DNA from: Vulcanimicrobiota bacterium
Lineage (GTDB): Bacteria > Vulcanimicrobiota > Vulcanimicrobiia > Vulcanimicrobiales > Vulcanimicrobiaceae
Reading direction: 5' to 3'
Assembly: GCA_963723515.1 (NCBI GenBank)
Contig: CAVRQT010000003.1
Span: 352,001-416,000, forward strand
Length of the DNA stretch: 64,000 nt
Part shown: one piece after another, positions 31,353 through 42,315 of the stretch
Layout: every line of letters begins with the position of its first letter
How positions within the stretch are numbered: position 1 is the first letter of the stretch
The notes under the pieces: generated by a model
The model's database searches: none
What the model saw: only the letters and a program-made list of their open reading frames with translations
What the model was told of the DNA's origin: nothing
Position numbers and translations under genes: made by a program

Positions 31353-31691
31353 TTAGCAATCGTAATAGATGCAGATGGTTTCACCAGTGTCATCATCCAC
31401 ATAGCACTCTGCGCAGACGTCACCATTCTTTATCGGTGCACTGAGAGCAAGTGAGCCGCTCGCCGTGAGATGGTGCACGCCGCTTCGCGGTCTAACCGCG
31501 ACGATTTTGCCGTGTCTAACTATGACTGTGTAGCTGGCGTTGGCGGCCTTCACGATGTTCGCGCCTTCATGTAGCTTCGCGTGAATTTTGACGGCGTTCT
31601 TCGATGACGTAGCGGGGACTGCCGAAAACGCTGCCGGGCTCAACGAAGCAACGAATGCGAGCCCAATAAGGACTGAAGAAATTCGTTTCAA
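31353..31691 (-). CDS. Secreted protein with a C-terminal Cys motif
   Basis: GGAGG RBS + TTG start, signal peptide, CAECYVDDDTGETICIYYDC tail. Confidence 0.6.
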   Translation of the reverse strand: MKRISSVLIGLAFVASLSPAAFSAVPATSSKNAVKIHAKLHEGANIVKAANASYTVIVRHGKIVAVRPRSGVHHLTASGSLALSAPIKNGDVCAECYVDDDTGETICIYYDC

Positions 31692-31771
31692 GAACGACCT
31701 CCAATACGGAGAGATGTGTGCTGCTGCCGTCACACTCCCTTTTCGGCCCCGGATTTCCTGCGCTGTGTTGC

Positions 31772-32404
31772 TCAAGCGCACAGCTCGAGGTGAGAAAATA
31801 ACTCGGGACGCTTTATGTACAGCTCGGCGGCAGAGCGCAGTGTCTTGACGCGGTCGGTGTGCCATTCGCGCTCCAGTTTTGGCATCGCATCTCGGTAAGG
31901 GAAGTCGCGCAGGAACTCGGGTCTAACAAGCAATGCGCGGACTTTTCGTTGCCGTACCTCGCCGACGGGCTCACAGGTCAGGAAGATCGCATAGAGAGTG
32001 GCATCATTTGGTCGGCCGACGTCTTCCCGAAAAAAACCACTGCAAAAATGCTCTGCTGTGACGTTGACGACGCAATTTAGCACAAACGTTGCATCGTTTT
32101 GTGATAGCTCAAGTAACGGCTTTTCCGGTGTCGCGCTGCGCGCTGCAGCAAGGACCTTGGTCTTGACATGGTCATTCAGCATGACTTCCCCCAACGGTCG
32201 CTCAAGTATCGTACGAATTTTGAGCTGCCCATCCGCCAGCATGTTGAGGCTTACATGAAGCCGGTCAAGGAAGTCTTTTCGATCGTACTGTCTCTTTGCC
32301 CGATATCGCACTACGAGCGCTCCGGCAGCGGCGCCTACGAAGGCTCCTAGAAAACTCAGATTCTTGAAAATATCAATTGCATGTTGCAGCAAATTCTGAT
32401 TCAT
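31772..32404 (-). CDS. Hypothetical protein with an N-terminal TM
   Basis: 210-aa ORF, hydrophobic N-terminal segment. Confidence 0.65.
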   Translation of the reverse strand: MNQNLLQHAIDIFKNLSFLGAFVGAAAGALVVRYRAKRQYDRKDFLDRLHVSLNMLADGQLKIRTILERPLGEVMLNDHVKTKVLAAARSATPEKPLLELSQNDATFVLNCVVNVTAEHFCSGFFREDVGRPNDATLYAIFLTCEPVGEVRQRKVRALLVRPEFLRDFPYRDAMPKLEREWHTDRVKTLRSAAELYIKRPELFSHLELCA

Positions 32405-32495
32405 GGAACCCGCCGTTCATCTGCCGGTAGGATTGTCCTAGGCCACTAATCGTTGAAAGGGGACGCGCCGGTCTGGCGGGGCACGTAGAGCGTTC

Positions 32496-33195
32496 GTGGA
32501 AGTCGATAGATGCACCGTGGAAGATAAATCGCTAGGCGATAGCACGGTTACATTTCTCTTTACCGACATCGAGCATTCGACGCAACGATGGGAGCGTGAT
32601 CGAAGTGCGATGATGTATGCGGTGCAACGACACGATGAGCTGATGCGGGGCGCGATCAATGCCAGCGACGGTCACGTTTTTAAGACCGTCGGTGACGCGT
32701 TCTGCGCCGTATTCAAGCGCCCTACAAACGCCGTCGTCGCCGCCATCGAGGCTCAGCGGCGAATTTTCAACGAGGACTTTTCAGCCGTTGGGGGCCTGCG
32801 CGTGCGGATGGCGCTGCACAGCGGGACGGCCGATGAGCGCGATGGCGACTACTTCGGCCCGGCCCTCAACCGAGTCGCGCGGATCGTTTCGATCATCTAT
32901 GGCGGCCAAGTCGTGCTCTCAGAGGTAACCTGCCTTCAGGTGCGCGATGAATTGCCGGGCGATACGACGCTCGTCAACCTGGGTGCGCACCGGCTCAAAG
33001 ATTTGGCTGAGCCCGAGCGTCTGCATCAACTTGTTGACTCCCGATCTGCCGCACGACTTTCCGACACTACGCTCCCTTGAAAAGCTGCCGAACAATCTTC
33101 CGCTGCAACTCACGCACTTCATCGGCCGCGATGCTGAACTAGCCGCGTTAGAAGCACTTTTAGAAGAATCGCGACTTGTGACACTCGCCGGCACC
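32496..33195 (+). pseudogene. Truncated class III adenylate/guanylate cyclase-STAND gene
   Basis: TFLFTDIEHST, FKTVGDAF, DYFGPALNR; frameshift near 33040; homology to 50078-52888 stops at LVTLAG inside the P-loop. Confidence 0.8.
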
Positions 33196-33497
33196 GCTCC
33201 GAAGCGAGCTGCGAAAGGAGCCTTTGGTTTCCGAGGTCCGGTGGGCCGTCCATGTCCTGCCATGGGCACTCACTTCTAACGGCGCAACTCGTTTATCTCT
33301 GCATGTCTCAAATCGTCACCGCATCGCTTCCAGCTGGGCGGCCTTCCGTCGCTTCTCGCACTTCCATGAGGCCAAGATGCGATGGCGACTGCGCGGATGA
33401 ATTGCACCGGTGCGGCAAAACGCTGATGAAGCGATGAACAGCATCGTGAGCAGTGCGCGACGGCGCTAAGCGCTTCGAAAAGCTCACCTCGCGCTAT

Positions 33498-36379
33498 CTA
33501 GGGCCAGCCATTTCTGAAGCAAATTCGGCGCAAGCATCCCGATAGTGCAATGATTGCCCCAAAGAGACCAGCTGGTGTACTTGCTAATCGCCTCCCCACC
33601 ATTAAGCAAAGCGATCGCTCCCAGTCGTGCGGATCAACCGAATAGATTGCTAGCGTTCCGTACTGATGCTGTTCCAGGTATCCCGCTACGAGGTACCGGC
33701 CGTCCGCGCTAAAGCTTAAGCTTCGGAAGTGGTGATAGTTGCCGTTGAAGTGGGGTGGTTGTGGCAGCGGCGGCCCTACTCGATGTGCCCGTTTGAAAAT
33801 CGGCAAGCTGAATACCACCGTTTTCCAAACTCTGGAACGCATAGAGTCGAGAATTTGGCGATAAAGCGATTGGACCGCTCGCGGAAATTTCCAACCCAGG
33901 AACGGGATTCAAAGATGGCAAGGAGTATACGCGGAGTCCGGTTCTTGTGCTCTCAGGTTGTACAAAAAGCGTAACCCTCGTCTTTAGAGAACCCGGTTCC
34001 GTCGAAAAACCTACCGAATGCGCGTACCATCTCGGAACAATGTAAATAAGTAACCGGGCCCAACGGGCGCAGTGTCTTCTGTAGGCAGCCAAAAGCAATC
34101 GCCCACGCGAGCTCAGATAATCGGCTGTATCACAATACGCTGAAAAGCTACGGACCCTTCCGCCGCCTTCTTTAAGCGATTCTATATCGTCTGGCGCGAA
34201 AAGACGGTGCCGCACGATCGTGACCCATGCGTCGATGGGTCCCCATGCCGCCTGACAGATCCTCTACGTAATTGCCATCCTTGTCTAGCGAAACCGGCGG
34301 TAGCTGGAAAGAGTGCACTACCCTGGGGCCTGCGCCGATATCCATTAGTTCGACTCTACCGCTCGTGAAATAGATCCTCACCGCATGCACGCCGTCCCCG
34401 ACGTCCTTCAGTCTTACCGAACCGTTCGCGTACGTATCTCCTTCGAGTTGTGTGCGAAAGCGATTCAGTTGATACGCGCGCAGTCGGTTCCGTCCTTGCT
34501 GGATAAGTGTATCTCCACTGAACGCGTAGCTGTCGCCCCACGGCCCACCGTCAAGCACACCAATCATGGGCGAATGAATCTCCGAAAGAGATCGAAGAGC
34601 TGAGCCCCGTGAATGGCTCGACCGTGGCCGATGGTGACTCATTAGTGACGAATTCTTTTACATGATCATCGTAGACTCGGGCGCAAAGAAAACCCGGACC
34701 TGGTAAGAGTACTCCGGTCCCACAAGGCGTCGCTTTCGTTCATCGAAGAGGCTGGGTTAACCGCCCAGCATCAATCGTTCCTCGCGGCCACGAGTAGTTT
34801 AACAAAGTCACGGCGTGCCCGCAGGAAGCGCCCGGGACAGTCTGGACGATCTTGGTTTCCCAAGCAGCAGTTCGTATTAAACCGTCGTCACACCACGAAA
34901 TTTCATTCTTGGTCGAGTTAAATGCTATTCCCTGAGAACAATCCTTGATACAGTCCGCCTTCTTTATCGGAATATCCCGAAGCTGGCGCAACGAGGGCGT
35001 CGCAAAGATGGTCAGCTCAGCAGCGCCGGTGACCTCGTCCTGTTCAAAGCCCCGAGCAACGGTTAAAATACTGAGGACAGCAACGAATCTTCCGTCTGGA
35101 GAAACCGCTAGTCCGCAGGAAGCCCCCGCACCTGTGCTGCAGCAAGTGCCTTAGCGGAGCCAACGCGATATAACGCTGTAAGTCGCCGACTACTTGATGC
35201 GACAGCAAGTAGAGACGCGCTACTGCACGCTAGAGCCCTTACGTGCGCGCCGCGAAGACTCGACATGACGACAAACCGCGATCGGTGCACGATGCTGTAG
35301 ATTGTAACGCCCGACGAATCCGAGGCTGCGAATAGAGGGTTGCGCGGAAAACCACACAGGTGCGTCGCCAGCCGATGTACGGGCGTCCGCGACATGACAC
35401 TGAGATCGTTGGAGTCCAAAGACAATGAAATCTTTCGGCTGCTTACCGTCGGGCGTGACTGTTTCTATAGCGAGCAGCCGCCCATAATCCGAAAAAGCCG
35501 CCAATTCCCAATCCGGCACGGCGACACTGCGCAGAGCGTCAAGAGTGCTCAATTGCGCAAGCATGGCGCCTTCAGTTTCTGGCGTTTCCGCCGTTTTGTA
35601 TGCCTCTGTAGCGAGGATCGCGCCGACGACGCTTCCTTTCCGCTGCATACTCATTGACGCGGTTGCATTTGCCCGTTGGACAACGAGTCAACGATAGGCC
35701 ACCGTCGTCGGCCACACAACCAACCCAATGAAGACGATAGCGAGGACTGCCCGCAATATGAGGACACGGCGACGGCGAATCCGATCTCGCACCTTGAGCT
35801 CATCGAACCGGATGCCCGCGATCGCTGCGACGATTCGTAATCGTACGTCTCTTGCAGGCTCACCATGCGGTCGCGCATCGATGACGAGTGGTTCAGGAAG
35901 CCTTGATCCAGCGTCGTCGATCAGCAACGCGGCTGGAAGCGAGTCGCCCAGTTCACCGGCGACGAGCACGGCGAAAATGCGATCGCTGCCGTTCTTGTTA
36001 CGGAATTGGCGGATCTCCTGATTGACCCAATTCGAAGCAGCTGCGTCCGGCGAACACAGAACGACGAGTGTGCGCGAATCTTCAAGAGCAGCGCGTAGAG
36101 AAGCGCCAAGGTCGGCGGAACCTGAGAGCTCATCGCGGTCGCGAAAGATCGGAATAGGCGCTTGGGGAGCGGCTCTGCTGGTTCGCCACCCAATTTTGCT
36201 GGCAGTCGAAACGTCTCGATGGCACGAGCGAGTCGTTCCGCGGTTCGTTGCTCGTGGTGACTATAACTGAGGAAAGCCCAGTAGCGGGGAGCGCGTCCTA
36301 CAGAGGTTTGCAAAAAGACACCTGACCGATGTTCCTTGGGCGCGTCGCGGCTGTTAGGCGCTTCCCCGTCCTCTATCAC
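33498..36379 (-). CDS. TIR domain + TM + WD40 beta-propeller protein (multiple frameshifts)
   Basis: AFLSYSH, (P)IFRDRDEL, VLCSPDAAASNWVNQEI, RRRR-TM, LATEAY linker, SLSFSADGRYL-type repeats, DWERSLCLMVGRRL tail. Confidence 0.75.
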
Positions 36380-36851
36380 AGCTATAAAAATCTTCGGAGC
36401 AATTAAAAGAAAATCTTGCCTAGTCTACTGACGCGCACTCCACGTCGCTCGGAAAAGTCGGTTGCGCTGTACCGCGCCGGCTCGGAAACGCCCGATATCG
36501 TGCTGAAAATGCAGACGCAGCGGCGCGGATCCGTTACTCTATGTCACGGCATGTCACGGCTTCTGTTGCACTTCAAAACCGCCGACCCAGGCTCAGTACA
36601 GGGACACACTGACCTTCACCAGCAGGTGGCGCACTACATGTCGTCACGCCCTTTTGCGAACCTGGCGAGCCAAATCGCTCCCCGTCTGAACACGTTCACA
36701 AGATTTACGTCTTAAACGGAATTTCTCTCAAACAAGTTGGCCACAATTCATCAACTAAGGCCCCACCGCCCAGCGCCGGCCTCGCAATAGCATCCACCGT
36801 AATGCCGAGGAAGCCGCCGCGCACGAGACAGTTCACCCTTTTTCGATACCA

Positions 36852-38260
36852 TTAACTCACCGCAACCGGCTGTGTTGCGGTTTTGAAGTCCTCAATGAAG
36901 CGATCCAGTTCTTGCATGTCGATATCAGCCGGTGTGGCATCCTTTATCTCCATTAAGTTGCTTAGCGTCGTTGCGCTTTCGAACGGCTCAATCTTTAACG
37001 ATTAGCTTTAGCAGGCCAGCCCCCGCGCGTTGCCAGTCGTTCGCGAGTACTGCAAGTTCAATACCTGTTGCGAGTAGCCAGTAATCGGGCGTGTCGCCGA
37101 GGCGAGCAACGGCGAAGGTAACCGCTGGCACGATCTTTTTCTTCATCGCGATGGATTCTGGAGAATTTCGAATCGCGAGTAGCGTGGCGAAATTTACGCC
37201 GGGATAGTAGTCGCGCGGATCCGCCATGAAACCGCGCTGGTACGAAGCGATGGCTTCATCGAGAAACGCCATAGCTTGAAACGGGTTCTTGCCTTTTGTT
37301 TCCTTATAACGGTCTTTCCAAATGCGTCCTAAAAGTCCGCAGGTCTCGGGGTCATCCCCGTGATCTTTTACTATCGCTTCTAGCAGTCGTTGCGCTTTGT
37401 CGCGATCACCGGGTTGATTGCGTCGGTTGAGGACAAGCGCATATTGTTGGCGCAATGTGACCGAGGTGTCCATGAGCCACTGCGGCAGGCGTTCGGCTAA
37501 CAACACAGCCGCGTCCCAAGCTTGCAGATCTCGGTAGCTGAGCAACACATCGACAAATAGTTCGGCGTTGTTTTGCTGCGGAGCCCCCAGTTCAGTTTCA
37601 ATTGCCTTGATGAGCTCGAGGGCATGGTCGCTGTCTTTGCGAGCCGCTTGCAGGCGTATGCGCACACCGTCGACGTAACGGCTTCGGTCACGAAAGTTTT
37701 CCGTAACTTCGTGCGGCAAGTGGATTCCCGGAAACTCTGGAAGAAGCTGGAACAGCGGGCTGTCGCTCGATTCGGGATTCGCCAACGCGTATTCAACTCT
37801 GTCTTGAAGTGTTTGCTGCAATTGTGCAGCGCTCTCGGCGCTTAATTTTCCGTTGTCTAATTGATAGGGGATCGAGCTGATCATGGATATGTCGAAGGGG
37901 AGTATTCCTTGATTCCCCCAGATGATGATCGTGGACCGCGGCCGCGCGGCGTGCCGAATTCCCAGCTCGTAGAAGACGTTCGGGTTTGGGACCGTGACAT
38001 CGACGATCGTAACATCAGCTAGCAGCAAGCGCTCGAACATCGGCACATGAATAATCCCGCCACCGCGCTCCTCGTCCGCGCGGATGCATTCCAGCTTAAG
38101 GCCATCGACAGCCGGCTTAATTCCACGCGTGTAAATATCGTCGAAATCGATTTCCAACGTGCGCGTTGCATCTGGCTTCTTGCCGAAGGGCATCGCCACG
38201 AAGACCAAAGGCGCGCACGGGTTCGGCGCTTGCGGCGAAATGCGTTGCTTATGGGTAGTC
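36852..38260 (-). CDS. NDT/DRHyd-like nucleotide hydrolase + TPR-S (DUF4071/MAP3K TRAF-binding-like) protein (frameshift near 36995)
   Basis: FVAMPFG, RADEE, NPNVFYELGIRHA, LSYRDLQAWD, QQYALVLNRR, LLGRIWKD, YYPGVN, DYW; C-terminus continues EPFESATTLSNL in another frame; start approximate. Confidence 0.82.
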
Positions 38261-38366
38261 ACGGGATCGACTCCGTTCAGTTGTACCGCAATGCGGTACG
38301 GTCTTAGTAGCGCTTTATCGGAAGCGGGGGATGTCCTCGTCGTTGGGCTACTAAATATACTTTCGT

Positions 38367-40024
38367 ATGGCCGCACGTGCACCGGTGATGGAAACGGGGC
38401 CGTTCCCGCTTGTGGTCGGCGTGACCGGACACCGCGACCTGCGAGAAGCGGATCTCCCTCCGCTGCGTGAGGCGGTGTGCGCGGTGCTCAATACGTACCG
38501 GACAAATCTACCGCGCACGGCAATTACGATTCTATCGTCGCTCGCTGACGGGGCGGATCGTTTGGTCGCGCGCGTAGCGCTTGAGCGGGGATGCAGCCTT
38601 GCGGCTGCGCTGCCGATGCCGCGCGAGGAATTTAAAACGACGCTTAAAGACGACGCTGCCCGCGCCGAGTTTGATTGGTTGCTCGCCCAATGTACGGCGC
38701 AGTTTGTAGCACCACCGCTGAACCGCGATATTGATTGGCGGCAGCGTCGGTCGATCTTCGCTACGCGAATTGCGCCGCGTACATAGTCATGCGATCCGCC
38801 GAACAAATCGCACTGTGGGACGGAAGGCGCACCGATGGAATCGCCGGCACAGCTGCCAGCGTGCGGTTCATGCTCGAAGGAGTTCCCGAGCCGATTGTCT
38901 CTCGGCGCAGCGACTTAGATCCCGAACCGATTGGCCCAATTATTCAAATCGTTACACCGCGAGAGGCTAATCCTTCGCCCGACGGTGTGCCTTACAGCAT
39001 CAAGCGCCTGTATCCGCCGTTCCTCATTTCGCAAGTTGATAACGAGGATGTCTTTGCGGATCTACTTCACCACCTTGATAACTATAATAACGACGCGATC
39101 GAATGCGCGCACGTGCGCAAGATGCGCCACTTTTCTCTTGAAGAGCTGCAAAACATCACCGAGGTGCTCTCGGGCTACTACCAGGGCTGGACGCAACGCG
39201 TACTGCTCTCGGCGTTGGCATTTTGTCTTGGCAACCGTCTTTTTCGACCTATATGTTACGGGGTTGCTTCAATCGGCATTGGTGTTACTGAGCTATTTCG
39301 GCTTAACGCTTGGCGCCGTTATCGTTTATGCGATTTCTCAACGGCGCGGCTATCAAGATCGCTATCAAGATTATCGTTCACTCGGAGAGGCCTTGCGCGT
39401 GGCCGCTTTTTGGCATCGAGCTGGCGTCGCCGCATCGCCCGCTGACGTGGTTGCGCACCTTCAGCGGGGAGAAGTGAGTTGGCTGCCGACTGCGATTCGG
39501 GCGCTCGTTGAACCATGGCTCCCAAATATTCCGAGGCCTTCAGTGAACGCGGCCGGGTTGCGAGATGTCTACGAGCAATCGGTCGTTGACCAAGCGGCTT
39601 GGTATGCTCGGCGAATCAAGGAAAAGCGACAGTTTAGCGCGCACGCCGCCGTTATAGCCTTCTAGCAGTCGCCGCGGCCGAAGCGATCATTCCGCTGCAG
39701 CTGCTGCCGGGGATGCATGGATGGCGCGAGGGGATATTTCTGGTAAGCGGCGTTTGCGCGATACTCGCCGCACTCATTAGCTACTATGCCGAAAAGCGGG
39801 GGTGGCTCGAGGAAATGAAGGAGTACATGCGGGTCGGCGCGCTGTTCGGTCGTGCACGCGAGCAACTGTCAACGCTCTTGTCTGAGCCTTCCTTAAGCGA
39901 AGCGACACTACTACGGATCCGCCGCATGCTCGAAGAACTCGGCCGCGAAGCTCTGCGCGAAAATATAGCGTGGCGCAATTTGCATCGCCAGCGTCCGATT
40001 AAGTTACCGCATATGCACGTATAA
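38367..40024 (+). CDS. SLOG domain + tandem SLATT-like 2TM modules (frameshifted)
   Basis: VGVTGHRD, SSLADGAD, ALWDG..GGTA-like; YQDYRSLGEALR, DQAAWY, LGREALRENIAW. Confidence 0.75.
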
Positions 40025-40774
40025 TTTGCGGTGGAATGCAGGTGATCGAGTATCTATACTCACGGAATAAAGCATGAATAAGAGAGGGGCTGGGATCGTA
40101 ATGGCGGATAAATCGGACCGCGCGATCGTAAATTCTCGGAACGTAATTCTATTCTCTTTGGCTTGGTTAATCGCTCTGCTCGCGTTCGGCGCGCAAACAT
40201 CGCTTCCGGCGACCGCTAGCGCCATACGCCTCGATGACGTGGTCGATATGACGCTCGCAGGTGGCTTGCGGCTTTCGCGCTGGGGTCTTTGCGCTCGAGG
40301 ACTTTTCGTTGGCGTCGTAGCAGCGAGCGACGAAAATTCATTCCTGGGCGTCATCTATATTAAGCGAAGCGCTGTAAGAATCATAACGGTGCGCGGGCGC
40401 GAACGGAGCAGCGATCGCTCTGATTGCGCGGCGTACCAATCCGTGTCCGACCTCGTCAGGGGCGAAACCTACCGTTGCCGTTGGAAATAGCCGACCGGAA
40501 AGGTAACGTGTATGTGGGCGCGACTCCTTTGCGCCTTAACTCCGGAACTTTTGATGTCGCCGGCGCGTGCCAATACCGCCGCGAACTTGGTGGACCAACG
40601 TGTCGGGAGAAGATTAGCGCTCATCGTCCCGTCATTTTGCGGTCCGAGGACATCATTCTCATTACGGGCTACAGGAGTAAATGAAATCCGTTATTGATAT
40701 GTGGCTTTGTATTTATGCCGAGGCACTGTTAAAGCAGCGCAAGGCTTGTGCAGCGTAGGCGGAACGCATCGCAT

Positions 40775-41331
40775 CTATTGGTTTCGTTTTAGGCTGGCTC
40801 TTTTCAACCAAAGGTAAAGCGACGACGCGATCATCACGAGTCCCGTGAGGAGCCCGTACCCGGTCAGGCCGAGCAATAGCGTCGCAGGCATCGGTAGATC
40901 GCCAGTCCAGAGGCGTACGAGTAACGTCACCATGCCCGCAAGTACGGAAACGCTGCCAACCGTCGTGATTGCCGCGGAGCCGTCAGTGTTCGCACACCGT
41001 CCAGCGATCATTTCAAGCAGCCCTTTGCATATGAACCACCACATTAATGCAACTAAGTAACTGCCTGGCAGCCAGCATCAGCGCGGCAGACGTCAGGGTG
41101 GACAAAACCGAGTAGCAGCAACACATTTCTCGCGCGACCTCGTGACACGTACGCGGTCCAAGCTGAAAAGGCAAATTCCGTAAGTGCATACGCACAGCAC
41201 AGCAGCGGAAGAACAAAAATGAGGCCAACGAGCGCTGGCAAGATTGCGGCCGAAAACGCCAGCGCGAAGATGCTGCGAGGTAGAAGGAATGCCTGCCAAG
41301 TGCTGAACCATTTAGGCTGCAGAAGGCCCAA
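40775..41331 (-). CDS. Probable multi-TM membrane protein (frameshifted)
   Basis: Three overlapping hydrophobic ORF pieces co-oriented after the TIR-MCE gene. Confidence 0.4.
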
Positions 41332-41360
41332 GAGGCTAACTGGCCTGTTGCTTTATTTGC

Positions 41361-42194
41361 TTACAGTCCCGTGCGGCTCTGCGCAAAGTACGGCAATGTG
41401 ATGTGGCAGCTGGCGGCTGATGAACTTCCGTAGAGAGGTTGTCCGATGTGAACTATCGGGGAGTTAAGCACACCATCGTGTGCAATTGTAAATCGTGCGT
41501 CTTCGGGAATGTCGATGTCAGGCTTAAGCTGCATGATCACCTCCACTCATCGTTTAACTTGTCTCGGCATGACGTATGCCGGCTCTGTGGGAGCAGAATA
41601 ACGTTACCAACTTGGCCCACCTCTACGCCATTGTATTGAACTGGCGTATCTGCGCTGACGCTTCCCGCATCTGGAAACGAGACGCCGATCGCGTACATGC
41701 CTACTCTTGCGTTGAAATCAATGAGCGAGCGAAACGCAAAGAACAAAGCGACGAGAACCAGCGGCGTGGCCCACAATGCAATGCGCCGCGTCATCCTGCG
41801 TCGCCGCGCCAGACGTTGGACGGTATCGCGAACCTCGGCGGCCACGTTCCCCTGCGGCATAAGCACTGAAAAAGGGCGTAACGAGCTAGGAAGCTCGTCA
41901 AACGGCACAGGTTGTAACATCACCGGAATAATGCGCCCTTGAGGCTTGCGCCATCGCTCTTCGGCAAAACGGAGTTCGGTTCGGGAAGCTCCCTCGTTGC
42001 ACTGACTCGGGGGTGACTAAGAAGATCATCATGTCGCTCTTATAGAGCGATTCTCTGATCCACTTGTTGAAATCGTCGCCCGCTATAATGTTGTCTTTGG
42101 CGAAGAGCACGTCATTCCCGGCGGACTTGAGCGTTGCTGCAATCGTTTCGGCATCTCGCTGATGTGCGTTCGGATAGGACAGGAAGATTCGCAT
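41361..42194 (-). CDS. TIR domain + TM + MCE/MlaD domain fusion (frameshifts near 41984 and 41548)
   Basis: IFLSY..IFLVTPESV..(P)RTELRFA..RIIPV; RRRR-TM; SFPDAGSVSADTPVQYNGVEVGQVGNV..VEVIMQL..IPEDARFTI..GVL. Confidence 0.75.
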
Positions 42195-42315
42195 CGTACC
42201 TCAATCCGCAGATTCTGGCCGCAAGGGTTTTGGAGGACTTACATGAGCAATCGCCGCGTCGCTTTCGTCGCGGTCGTCATCGGCTTCCTTGCTCTTTCAA
42301 TGTTCAATTTGCTGG

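Noticed and set aside
40074..40697. Small ORFs between SLOG-SLATT and the membrane gene
   Set aside because: Possibly one frameshifted secreted protein, but there are no motifs to support a call.
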